Source: Spirochaetia bacterium | Lineage (GTDB): Bacteria; Spirochaetota; Spirochaetia; CADAEX01 | Length of the DNA: 64,000 bases | Direction of reading: 5' to 3' | NCBI GenBank assembly: GCA_963662795.1 | Contig: OY759746.1 | Location: forward strand, 1,376,001-1,440,000 | Shown: positions 41,877 to 50,924 of the stretch, piece by piece | Numbering within the stretch: position 1 is the first letter of the stretch | How the letters are laid out: each line of letters starts with the position of its first letter | Position numbers and translations under genes: made by a program | The notes under the pieces: generated by a model | Told to the model about the DNA's origin: nothing | The model's input: the letters and a program-made list of their open reading frames with translations, nothing else | Database searches by the model: none

Positions 41877-42341
41877 TTAATGGATTTGGGCCTTCCCCTG
41901 ATAATCAGCGGAAGGCTTTTTTTCTTTTGGTTTATGTGTCAACAGGGATACAATTCCCGTTCCGAGCATAATAAGATGCCAGCCCGCGAAGTTATTCCAA
42001 AAAAGCTCTTTTTCATCCATATCCTGATGTAAGGGAACTGCGATATTATAGGCGCACAGCCCCAGATACATAGACCAGGCTGCAACCTTGATCTCCAGGC
42101 TGCTGACACCCGAATCATTGAAGGTAAAAGGGGAGATTACAGTTCCCATTATTCCGTACGGCATCGGGTAATATGCCGCGAAAACAGAGTTAATGGCTAT
42201 AAACCCCTCAAGCAGTGATAACGCGCCAAGCATCTCAGCGGAAGAGAATTCCTTCTTTTCCGGAGGAATTATTTCTTCGGCAGATATTCCGGCGGATATG
42301 CTTAACAGCAGAATAACGCAGATAAAAATAATCTTTGACAT
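41877..42341 (-). CDS. Hypothetical exported/membrane protein
   Basis: Signal-peptide-like N-terminus and about three hydrophobic segments. Confidence 0.6.
   Translation of the reverse strand: MSKIIFICVILLLSISAGISAEEIIPPEKKEFSSAEMLGALSLLEGFIAINSVFAAYYPMPYGIMGTVISPFTFNDSGVSSLEIKVAAWSMYLGLCAYNIAVPLHQDMDEKELFWNNFAGWHLIMLGTGIVSLLTHKPKEKKPSADYQGKAQIH
41890..41923 (+). terminator. Intrinsic terminator of ahcY-metK, inside the 3' end of the opposite ORF
   Basis: gccttcc...ggaaggc stem followed by ttttttt. Confidence 0.7.
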
Positions 42342-42381
42342 AAGATTATTATATTCAATTATTAACAGGATGTAAAAAATA

Positions 42382-43383
42382 TCAGAGTTTTTTTAATTTT
42401 TCCTTAAGCTGTAAAGCTTCATCTTCCGTAAACTGGGCACCGATCTTTGCGACAATAGCTGACGCGAGAAGTGATGCGCACCTTCCGGATGTTTCAATAT
42501 CCTTCCCCCTGCAAAGCCCATAGAGAAAACCTGCCGCATAAGTGTCCCCTGCGCCGGTTGTGTCAACCCTCCCTTTATCGCCCAGAACCGGAATTTTTAT
42601 CAGGTCTTCCTTCGCGCTTTTTATGACAGACCCTTTTTTACCCCATTTTACGACAGCCGTTTTTCCCATCTCAGCGATAAAAGAAGCTGCTTTTTCAGGC
42701 GCTGCCCCTTCAAACAGGATGGATGCCTCTTCGTTATTTGCAAAAACATAATCCACGTTTTTTTCGATGATCTTAAGGAAATCGTCCTTGTATCTTTTCA
42801 CTGCGAAAGGGTCCGCGACATCAAAAGCCACTTTTTTCCCCTTTTTCCTGCATATATCAAGGCACTTTTCAATAGCCCCTTTCTGGTTTTCCGTATCCCA
42901 CATGTATCCTGTAAAATAGAAATAGTCTGCCTTATCAAGTATCGCCTCATTTACATCCTTCTCTGCAAATTCCCTGTTTGCCCCCAGAAAGGTGTTCATT
43001 GTCCGCTCGGAATCGGGTGTTATGAGTATTATGCTTGACCCGGTAGGAGAGGAGCACTGCACAAGGGCTGATGTGATATCAGCATGTTTATTAAGCTGCG
43101 CTTCATAGAGGCTGCCGAACTCATCCTGTCCTGTCTTTCCTCCGAGCGCTGTTTTTACCCCCATCGCAGAGAGTGTTATCATTGTGTTGGGGCACGACCC
43201 GCCGCAGCCGGTAGAGTACTTTTGACCAAGTTCTTCGAGATGCCTCATGATTTTTTCCCGCTCTTCAAATGAGACAAGCTTCATAATTCCCTTGTCGAGG
43301 GAAAGCTTTTCAAGACTGCTGTCATTCACTTCAGCAAGAATGTCAATGAGGGGGTTTCCAATGCCGTATACTGATGTTTTCAC
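42382..43383 (-). CDS. PfkB-family kinase, adenosine-kinase-like
   Basis: GIGNPLIDI, GGSCPNT, ERTMNTFLGA, FANNEEA, DTTGAGDTYAAGF. Confidence 0.85.
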   Translation of the reverse strand: MKTSVYGIGNPLIDILAEVNDSSLEKLSLDKGIMKLVSFEEREKIMRHLEELGQKYSTGCGGSCPNTMITLSAMGVKTALGGKTGQDEFGSLYEAQLNKHADITSALVQCSSPTGSSIILITPDSERTMNTFLGANREFAEKDVNEAILDKADYFYFTGYMWDTENQKGAIEKCLDICRKKGKKVAFDVADPFAVKRYKDDFLKIIEKNVDYVFANNEEASILFEGAAPEKAASFIAEMGKTAVVKWGKKGSVIKSAKEDLIKIPVLGDKGRVDTTGAGDTYAAGFLYGLCRGKDIETSGRCASLLASAIVAKIGAQFTEDEALQLKEKLKKL

Positions 43384-43536
43384 CTGGTTTGTCCTTTTAT
43401 AGGTAATTAATAATGATTATAATATATCTTTGGAGAAAATGATAAGCATAAATGAACTGAAATCAATGTGATGAAAAAACAATGAATATATGATATAATT
43501 AAAGTATGGCTTCTGCCGGAGCGGTTATTAAAACAG

Positions 43537-43821
43537 ATGAGGCGGAAGATTATTGGAGAGACAGTTTTGGAATTGGGCGAAGCAGAACTTAAAATAATAG
43601 CGGAATATGTGAAAAATCATATACCGCAGTGGATTTATGAGGCAGACATAATCCCCGGATATTTATACATAGACTACCTTCTTGTTGAAAGAATAGTGCG
43701 GCTTGAAGAATCAATAAAATATCAGATGTATAAACTGGAAAAAAAAATCCAGCAGATAGACGAGAAGATAGAGCTGGAAGACTTGCGCTATGAGGCGCGT
43801 CAGAAGCAGCTGATTAAATAA
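43537..43821 (+). CDS. Short coiled-coil protein, paralog of 44011-44436 lacking the membrane anchor
   Basis: Shares EYVKNHIPQW..EADIIP and LLVER.VR.EE with the downstream gene at protein and DNA level. Confidence 0.6.
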   Translation: MRRKIIGETVLELGEAELKIIAEYVKNHIPQWIYEADIIPGYLYIDYLLVERIVRLEESIKYQMYKLEKKIQQIDEKIELEDLRYEARQKQLIK

Positions 43822-43832
43822 CTATTAAAAGA

Positions 43833-43853
43833 TAAGGGCCCCTCTAAAAACTC
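43833..43853. mobile_element. Possible solitary IS/MITE terminal inverted repeat remnant
   Basis: taagggcccctctaaaaactc resembles the GGGCACCTCTAAAAAC ends I recall from treponemal repeats; no partner end or transposase in window. Confidence 0.3.
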
Positions 43854-44010
43854 TTTCCCTTCGGTCCGCATCCGTAAAAATTTACGATAGACAATATATC
43901 CACAGCAAGCATATGCGTTTACAGTAACAGTAAAAATTGAAGCATTCATCTTCTTAAACCGGTTATTCTTGTTATTCAGAATAAAACGGATTATAATTAT
44001 GAGGGTTTGA

Positions 44011-44436
44011 ATGGGAGAAGCGGCGGTGAAACAGGAAGATATAGAAGCCATAGGGGAATATGTAAAAAATCATATACCGCAGTGGTTAAAGGAAGCAGAC
44101 ATAATACCCAAAGACTATAGCTCAAACACCTTACTTGTTGAACGGGTAGTGCGTGTGGAAGAGATGCGGCATGACATGATTGCCAGGTTTGAGCAGATAG
44201 ACAGGAAATTCGAGATGCTGCTGCATCAGATGGACAAGATGTTTGAGCAGGTTGATAAGCGGTTCGAGCAGGTTGATAAGCGGTTCGAGCAGGTTGATAA
44301 AAGGTTCGAGCAGGTGGACAAGCGTTTTGAAGATCTGCGGCATGACATGAACAGCCGTTTTAATATGATGTATAAACTAATGGCATCCGGATTCGCTCTT
44401 CTTGCCTTTCTGATAACACTTTTTCAGTATATATAA
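44011..44436 (+). CDS. Membrane-anchored heptad-repeat coiled-coil protein (DUF1640/CCDC90- or Bdr-like architecture)
   Basis: Head region, FEQVDKR x4 stalk, C-terminal TM helix. Confidence 0.8.
   Translation: MGEAAVKQEDIEAIGEYVKNHIPQWLKEADIIPKDYSSNTLLVERVVRVEEMRHDMIARFEQIDRKFEMLLHQMDKMFEQVDKRFEQVDKRFEQVDKRFEQVDKRFEDLRHDMNSRFNMMYKLMASGFALLAFLITLFQYI
44242..44325 (+). repeat. In-frame 21-bp tandem repeat x4 (FEQVDKR)
   Basis: tt(t/c)gagcaggttgataagcgg units at 44242, 44263, 44284, 44305 with synonymous variation. Confidence 0.93.
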
Positions 44437-44487
44437 AAATATCATTGATTCTATAGTCTGTCATTTTGATAATAAAAACGATTAATA

Positions 44488-44576
44488 TACCGGTATAGCA
44501 GTAAATATCCTGTTTTTCATTTAAATATTATCCTGTTTTAATAAAAACCTTTACAAATTACCGTTATAGCGGTAAT
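44488..44576 (+). promoter_or_regulatory. Two candidate HipB operator sites
   Basis: attaccg-N6-cggtaat (44557-44576) and near-copy taccggtatagcagtaa (44488-44504). Confidence 0.65.
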
Positions 44577-44599
44577 ATTTGCTTAGAGAAATTTAAATA

Positions 44600-44839
44600 A
44601 TGAAAAATGAAATTGGAAATATAATACGTTTTCACAGAAAAAAGTCAGGTTTAACGCAAAAAGCCCTGGCAGATATAGCAGGTGTGGGAAAAACTGTTGT
44701 TTTTGATATTGAAAACGGGAAAAACAGCGTAAGGTTTGATAATATCCTGAAAGTCGCGGGTGTTTTAAATATAACAATTTCCTATACCGGTCCGCTCATG
44801 AAGCAATATTTAAAAGAGGCTTTAAATGAGGAAAGCTGA
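44600..44839 (+). CDS. hipB: XRE-family HTH antitoxin component (HipB-like)
   Basis: RKKSGLTQKALADIAGVGKTVVFDIENGK; overlaps the next gene. Confidence 0.8.
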   Translation: MKNEIGNIIRFHRKKSGLTQKALADIAGVGKTVVFDIENGKNSVRFDNILKVAGVLNITISYTGPLMKQYLKEALNEES

Positions 44840-45137
44840 TGTATTTGTAAATAATACTTTTTCCGGCATCCTTACTGAAATTGAAAAAGGAAAAAAATAC
44901 AGTTTTGAATATGATACGGAGTATATCGGAGATGATGTATCAATGACCATGCCGTTAAGCGGAAGAAGGTTCATCTTCAACTCATTCCCCCCTTTTTTTG
45001 ACGGTCTTCTGCCCGAAGGGTTTATGCTTGAAAGTGTTTTAAGGGGACTTAAGATAGACAGGGATGATCCTTTCAGCCTGCTTGTCGCGGTAGGCCGGGA
45101 TATGGTCGGAAATGTAACTGTCATAGAGATAAAATGA
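44826..45137 (+). CDS. hipS: HipA N-terminal-subdomain protein (HipS-like antitoxin)
   Basis: Y.FEYD, S.TMPL, PPFFDGLLPEG, D.VGNV. Confidence 0.8.
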   Translation: MRKADVFVNNTFSGILTEIEKGKKYSFEYDTEYIGDDVSMTMPLSGRRFIFNSFPPFFDGLLPEGFMLESVLRGLKIDRDDPFSLLVAVGRDMVGNVTVIEIK

Positions 45138-46066
45138 AATACAGATGCTCCATTACCTATGAATTGTCAGATACAAGGTATTCACCTGCCGGACTCAGGT
45201 TAATAGATAAAAAACTCAACGATTTAAGGGATTTTCAGTATTCAGCTGAAGAACAACGGGCCGAATCTGCCGCCAGAGCCGCAAAAATGTCAATACAGGG
45301 TGTTCAGCCGAAAATAAGCACAAGATTCAGCTTAAGGGAAAGAACTTTTAAAATTGTTGATTTGAACGGAAATTATATATTTAAACCTCAAAATAATTTA
45401 TACAGTTATTTACCGGAAAATGAGGATCTTACAATGAAACTCGCGGGAATAACCGGTATAAATACGCCGTTCCATGGATTGTTATACTGCAAAGACGGAA
45501 GCCTTACCTACTTTATAAAAAGATTTGACCGCATGGGTAAAAACAGAAAGATCGCTGTAGAGGATTTTGCCCAGCTTACAGGAAGAACCAGGGAAACCAA
45601 ATATGATTCCAGTATGGAAAAAGTGGCTGAAGTAATAGAGAAATACTGTACATTCCCCGTACTTGATAAAATAAAGCTTTTTCAGTTAGCTGTTTTCAAT
45701 TTTATTACCGGAAATGAAGATATGCATCTTAAAAACTATTCTTTAATTTCAGTTAATGGCAGAACAGGGCTTTCTCCGTCCTATGACCTGATAAATACCA
45801 CAATTGCTGTAATAAACGCGGAAGAAGAATCTGCATTGCCTGTCGGAGGGAAGAAAAAAAACCTTAATCACAATACGTTTTTTAAATATTATGGAAATGA
45901 AAGGCTCGGGCTTAACGAAAAAATACTTGAAATTATAAAAACAAATTTTGGAAAAATAATAAGCAGTTATTATAATCTGATTGAAATCAGTTTTCTCCCT
46001 GATGATTTAAAGGAAAAGTATACCCTGCTTGTAAAGGCAAGGGCCGGCATTATCGGGCTTCTGTGA
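45134..46066 (+). CDS. hipT: HipA-family serine kinase toxin (HipT-like)
   Basis: MSIQGVQPK Gly-rich loop, PENE, RFDR, EDFAQL, GNEDMHLKN, SPSYDL. Confidence 0.85.
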   Translation: MKYRCSITYELSDTRYSPAGLRLIDKKLNDLRDFQYSAEEQRAESAARAAKMSIQGVQPKISTRFSLRERTFKIVDLNGNYIFKPQNNLYSYLPENEDLTMKLAGITGINTPFHGLLYCKDGSLTYFIKRFDRMGKNRKIAVEDFAQLTGRTRETKYDSSMEKVAEVIEKYCTFPVLDKIKLFQLAVFNFITGNEDMHLKNYSLISVNGRTGLSPSYDLINTTIAVINAEEESALPVGGKKKNLNHNTFFKYYGNERLGLNEKILEIIKTNFGKIISSYYNLIEISFLPDDLKEKYTLLVKARAGIIGLL

Positions 46067-46145
46067 ATATCATTGCAGTAAGATATAAGGCGGCCTGACC
46101 TACATGCAAATTTCTGAGAAATTATAAAAGTAATGATAAAAACTA

Positions 46146-46191
46146 TTGTAAGATGGAATAAAACTGATATAATGTTCGAAGTTTGAACATT
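46146..46191 (+). promoter_or_regulatory. Promoter and palindromic operator of the glycan locus
   Basis: TTGTAA-16 bp-TATAAT (46146-46173) overlapped by inverted repeat aatgttc-N7-gaacatt (46171-46191). Confidence 0.6.
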
Positions 46192-46395
46192 TAACTGAAC
46201 ACCTGTAATCAGCTTATCATCCTTGTCAGTCAGTTTCGGCGGCGGCAATAAGGTGCAGGCTGCAATAACAATCTCACGCTGCCAAAGCCGTTCTGTATTT
46301 TACCTGACGGCAGCGGAGAAAATTTACTTCCGGCAGCTCCTTTAATTAAATACAGGGCATATATCAGTAAATGCCCCAAAAAACCAGAAAAAGCA

Positions 46396-46923
46396 ATGAA
46401 CCACACAGAAAAAGAACTGGCTATCCTTGAAAAAATCCATAAAAGCAAAGACTCAATCAAGCAAAGAGACCTGGCAAAAATAGCGGGGCTATCCCTCGGC
46501 ATGACCAATGCCATTTTAAAAAGGCTTATTGAGAAAGGGCTGGTTACAGTTAAAAAGATCAACAACAGGAATATCAGATACGCAGTATCCCCTTCGGGAA
46601 TAGAGGCAATATCTGCAAAGAGCTACGGGTTTTTAAAACGGACAATAAAAAATGTAGTTATCTACAAGGAAGCGATTGAAGATTTGGTAGATGAAATAAA
46701 GGAAATGGGATACGGGAAAATCACTCTTGTGGGGAAAAGCGACCTGGATTTTATTATTGAGCATGTATGTATGAAAAAGACAATTAGCTTTTCAAAATCA
46801 AGCGGGGAAGAAGTCGGGAGTGATTCATTTTATATTTTTTCTGAGAGTATTGACCCTGAAACTGAGAATACCTCAATCGGCTATAAAAACAATAAATATC
46901 TGAAAAAAATACTGATGGGATGA
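46396..46923 (+). CDS. Winged-helix (MarR-like, EPS-associated) transcriptional regulator
   Basis: QRDLAKIAGLSLGMTNAILKRL..KG.V, IRY..SP.G; first gene of a glycan locus. Confidence 0.82.
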   Translation: MNHTEKELAILEKIHKSKDSIKQRDLAKIAGLSLGMTNAILKRLIEKGLVTVKKINNRNIRYAVSPSGIEAISAKSYGFLKRTIKNVVIYKEAIEDLVDEIKEMGYGKITLVGKSDLDFIIEHVCMKKTISFSKSSGEEVGSDSFYIFSESIDPETENTSIGYKNNKYLKKILMG

Positions 46924-46933
46924 ATATAAAAAT

Positions 46934-48790
46934 ATGAAAACAAAATTATATAAATCAGGCCGTTTTAACCAAAAATCGGAAAACAGCATGTGGTCCGGCT
47001 TTAAATCACTATGGAGAATTTTAAATAAAAAAGAAAGACGGGGAATGATGATACTTTTGTCTATTATCCTTGCTCTGTCTTTTATTGAAATGCTTGGTAT
47101 TTCATCAATTCTCCCTTTTCTCGCTGTAGCATCAAAGCCGGATCTGGTAAATACAAATCTCTACCTGAATACCGCTTATAGATTTTTAGGGTTTAATCAT
47201 ATTAAAGATTTTTTAATACTGCTCGGTTGTATTGTAGCCGGATTTATCTTTTTAAGAAGTGCGTTTAACATACTTGTAAAATATGCAAAAAGCCGGTTCA
47301 GCAATATGCTTGGGCATAATATGGCAAGCCGGCTTCTCGGCAATTATCTTTCAAGGCCCTATGTCTTTTTCCTGAATGAAAACAGCTCAAATCTTTCAAA
47401 AAATGTTCTTGGTGAAGTGAATCAGGTCCTTACGGGATATATCACACCCCTTTTTAACACAACAACAGATTTAATTGTCGGTTTAAGCATCTGCCTGGTA
47501 ATAATAATTATTGACCCTGTTGCCGCAGGGCTTGTTACACTTTCGATAGGCGGTATCTATGGGGGGATCTACCTTCTTGTCAGAAAGGCTCTTATCACCT
47601 TCGGAAACAGAAGGCTTGATGCAAACCGTGAAAGATATAAAAGTACTATTGAGGTAATGGAAGGGATAAAAGATGTAAAACTGCTTGGAAAAGAACGGTT
47701 TTTTCTTGAAAAATTTATTAAGCCTTCCAAAAAAATGGCAAAAGCCAATATCAGGATTGCAGTAATAGGTAAAGTCCCGAATTATATCATGAATGCATTT
47801 GTTGATGGCAGTATCGTTATTATAATAACATTGATTCTTGCCTTTAGTGATGATTTTACCAGATATCTGCCAGTCATCGGTGTATATGTTCTTGCCGGCA
47901 ACAGGATTATGCCCCGGTTCAAGGATTTATTTGAAAGTTTCAGTTCATTAAGGGCAAATCAGATAGTTGTTGAGATGATGCTTGAGCATCTTTCTCATGT
48001 TCCGGAAGTGCCTCTTCCCGATAAATCTTCCATTATTATTGAGCCCCTTCTGTTTGAGAAAGAAATTCATCTGAAAAATATATCCTTTACCTATCCAAAA
48101 ACAGAAGAGCCGGTTATCCATGACCAGACTTTTATTATACCTAAAAATACGACTGTTGGTCTTGTCGGACCAACCGGCTGCGGAAAAACAACACTTGTTG
48201 ATATCCTCCTTGGACTTCTTCGTCCTGAGAGCGGCGGGATCATTGTTGATGGACTGCCTGTAAATGATAACAACATCAGAAACTGGCAGGTGAATCTCGG
48301 ATATGTTCCTCAGTCAATATATTTAAGCGATGACACAATTACTGCCAATATTGCATTTGGCGTTCATGAGAATAAAATTGATCATGAAGCAGTACGGCGG
48401 GCTGCCCAAGTCGCAAATGTCGCGGATTTTATCGAGAATGAACTTCCTGACGGCTATAAGTCAACAATCGGAGAAAGGGGCGTACGACTTTCCGGCGGAC
48501 AGAGACAGCGGCTCGGTATAGCGCGTGCCCTTTATACAGATCCGGCAGTCCTCGTAATGGATGAGGCAACAAGCGCCCTTGACGGTATAACAGAGAGTGT
48601 TGTAATGGAAGCAATAGAAAAACTTACCGGCAGCAAGACAATAATAATTATTGCCCACAGGCTGACAACACTTGCCGGAGCTGATGTAATCTATATGCTT
48701 GACAAAGGACGCGTTATTGATCACGGCACCTATAAAGAACTGATGAATTCAAATAAACATTTTCAGAAAATGAGCAGAATCGATGGCTGA
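46934..48790 (+). CDS. ABC half-transporter (TMD+NBD), PglK/MsbA-like lipid-linked glycan flippase
   Basis: TMD with extended loop after TM1; GPTGCGKTT, LSGGQRQR, DEATSALD. Confidence 0.85.
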   Translation: MKTKLYKSGRFNQKSENSMWSGFKSLWRILNKKERRGMMILLSIILALSFIEMLGISSILPFLAVASKPDLVNTNLYLNTAYRFLGFNHIKDFLILLGCIVAGFIFLRSAFNILVKYAKSRFSNMLGHNMASRLLGNYLSRPYVFFLNENSSNLSKNVLGEVNQVLTGYITPLFNTTTDLIVGLSICLVIIIIDPVAAGLVTLSIGGIYGGIYLLVRKALITFGNRRLDANRERYKSTIEVMEGIKDVKLLGKERFFLEKFIKPSKKMAKANIRIAVIGKVPNYIMNAFVDGSIVIIITLILAFSDDFTRYLPVIGVYVLAGNRIMPRFKDLFESFSSLRANQIVVEMMLEHLSHVPEVPLPDKSSIIIEPLLFEKEIHLKNISFTYPKTEEPVIHDQTFIIPKNTTVGLVGPTGCGKTTLVDILLGLLRPESGGIIVDGLPVNDNNIRNWQVNLGYVPQSIYLSDDTITANIAFGVHENKIDHEAVRRAAQVANVADFIENELPDGYKSTIGERGVRLSGGQRQRLGIARALYTDPAVLVMDEATSALDGITESVVMEAIEKLTGSKTIIIIAHRLTTLAGADVIYMLDKGRVIDHGTYKELMNSNKHFQKMSRIDG

Positions 48791-48870
48791 TTTAAAGAAT
48801 TTATTCAATATTTCAGCAAGCTATAGGCACTTTCATTAATAATATTTTAACGCAGTAAGGAATAAAGCAG

Positions 48871-49800
48871 ATGGAAAAAATATCAATCGTAATTCCTGTT
48901 TATAATGAAAAAGAGAATGTTGAAAAACTGTATTTAGAGATTACTGAAGTCTGTAAAAAAAATAATTATATATATGAAATTATATTTGTTGATGACGGTT
49001 CCACTGACGGTACAATAGAAGTAATTTCAAAGATTAAAAATATTATTTGTATACGCATGAGAAAAAATTTTGGTCAGACCTCCGCAATGGATGCGGGAAT
49101 CAAACAATCACAGTATCCATATGTAATTACGATGGACGGAGACGGGCAGAATGATCCGGCTGACATTCCTAAGCTTATAGAAGAACTTGAAAAATCTGGA
49201 AAGGATATGATATCTGGCTGGAGAAAAAAAAGAAAAGATAAATTCCTGAAAAGATTTTTTTCCCGGGGAGCGCATATATTAAGGTGGCTTTTAATTCATG
49301 ACGGAATACATGACAGTGGCTGCAGTCTTAAAATATACAAAAAAGAATGTTTTGATGGAATATCTTTATATGGAGAAATGCACAGGTTTATCCCTGCCCT
49401 GTTAAAAATTAAGGGTTTTACTCTGGGAGAAATTGAGGTTAATCACAGGCCGAGGACGGCGGGCTATACTAAATATAACTGGAAGAGAACCATTAAAGGG
49501 TTTCTTGATATGCTTTCCATCTGGTTCTGGAATAAATTCGCGGTAAGGCCCCTCCATCTGCTTGGAGGTCTGGGCTTTGTAAGTTTTTTTATCGGAATAA
49601 TTGTGTCTATAGTGGGCATTGTTTTTTATATTAATAAGATAGGTTTTTTAAAAAATGTACTTCCCATTTTTGCTTTGTTTTTTTTAATGTCAGGACTTCA
49701 GCTGTTTGTTTTCGGTCTTATGACGGATATGATTTCCAAAAATTATTACGAGACTACCAAAGATAAACCTTATGTGATAAGGGAAATAAATAAATTTTAA
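48871..49800 (+). CDS. GT2 polyprenol-phosphate glycosyltransferase (DPM/ArnC/GtrB-like)
   Basis: PVYNE, DDGSTD, NFGQ, DGDGQNDP, D.GC.LK, two C-terminal TMs. Confidence 0.88.
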   Translation: MEKISIVIPVYNEKENVEKLYLEITEVCKKNNYIYEIIFVDDGSTDGTIEVISKIKNIICIRMRKNFGQTSAMDAGIKQSQYPYVITMDGDGQNDPADIPKLIEELEKSGKDMISGWRKKRKDKFLKRFFSRGAHILRWLLIHDGIHDSGCSLKIYKKECFDGISLYGEMHRFIPALLKIKGFTLGEIEVNHRPRTAGYTKYNWKRTIKGFLDMLSIWFWNKFAVRPLHLLGGLGFVSFFIGIIVSIVGIVFYINKIGFLKNVLPIFALFFLMSGLQLFVFGLMTDMISKNYYETTKDKPYVIREINKF

Positions 49801-49838
49801 AATAAAATTCAAATAATAATCTGAATAAGGATATGTTA

Positions 49839-50924
49839 ATGAAGAAAGCATTAATTACAGGAATTACTGGTCAGGACGGCGCTTATCTTGCAGAACTTCT
49901 GCTTAAAAAAGGCTATGAAGTTCACGGTATAAAAAGAAGAAGCTCCCTTTTCAATACACACAGGATAGATCACCTGTACAAGGACCAGCATGAGAAGGGT
50001 GTCAATTTTGTTCTCCACTACGGAGACATGACAGATTCCACTAACCTTATAAGAATTATGCAGGATGTTCAGCCCGATGAAATATACAATCTTGCAGCGC
50101 AGTCTCATGTTAAAGTTTCATTTGATACACCTGAATACACGGCAAATGCTGATGGCCTTGGAACACTTAGGCTGCTTGAAGCGATAAGAATTCTCGGGCT
50201 TGAAAAGAAAAGCAGATTCTATCAGGCCTCCACTTCAGAGCTATACGGGCTTGTTCAGGAAACTCCGCAGAAAGAGACTACACCGTTTTATCCCAGAAGC
50301 CCGTACGCGGCGGCAAAGCTTTACGGATACTGGATAACAGTAAATTACCGCGAAGCATACGGAATGTTTGCCTGTAACGGTATACTTTTCAACCATGAAA
50401 GTCCGATACGGGGGGAGACGTTTGTCACAAGAAAAATAACAAGGGCGGCAGCCCGGATATCTCTTGGACTTCAGGAGAAAATATACCTCGGAAACCTTGA
50501 TTCAAAAAGGGACTGGGGCCATGCCAAGGACTTTGTAAAGGGAATGTGGCTTATCCTGCAGCAGGAGAAGCCTGAAGACTTTGTCCTTGCAACGGGGGAG
50601 ACACATACAGTAAGGGAGTTTGTCGAACTTGCGTTTAAGGAAGCCGGAATAGAGCTTGAATGGAGCGGACGCGGTATTAAAGAAAAGGGTCTGGATAAAA
50701 AAAACGGAAAAACATTAGTTGAGGTAGACCCTGCGTATTTCAGGCCTACTGAGGTTGATCTGCTTCTTGGGGACCCGACAAAGGCAAGGGAAAAGCTTGG
50801 ATGGGAGCATAAATATAAATTATCTGATTTGGTAAAGGACATGGTGGAAAACGATATTCTGGAAGCTAAAAAAGATTCACTTCTAAAAAAAGAAGGATTC
50901 AGGCTTTTTGATTTCAATGAATAA
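49839..50924 (+). CDS. gmd: GDP-mannose 4,6-dehydratase
   Basis: [30 protein letters not shown]. Confidence 0.96.
   Translation: MKKALITGITGQDGAYLAELLLKKGYEVHGIKRRSSLFNTHRIDHLYKDQHEKGVNFVLHYGDMTDSTNLIRIMQDVQPDEIYNLAAQSHVKVSFDTPEYTANADGLGTLRLLEAIRILGLEKKSRFYQASTSELYGLVQETPQKETTPFYPRSPYAAAKLYGYWITVNYREAYGMFACNGILFNHESPIRGETFVTRKITRAAARISLGLQEKIYLGNLDSKRDWGHAKDFVKGMWLILQQEKPEDFVLATGETHTVREFVELAFKEAGIELEWSGRGIKEKGLDKKNGKTLVEVDPAYFRPTEVDLLLGDPTKAREKLGWEHKYKLSDLVKDMVENDILEAKKDSLLKKEGFRLFDFNE

Noticed and set aside
43800-44051. 83-aa minus-strand ORF between the paralogs
   Set aside because: Overlaps both neighbours, has no motif and reads through the putative IS end
43537-44160. Diversity-generating retroelement template/variable repeat pair
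   Set aside because: Differences are not adenine-specific, both copies are coding and there is no reverse transcriptase
46089-46104. REP-like gcctgacctac after hipT
   Set aside because: Single half-site with no complementary arm or second copy
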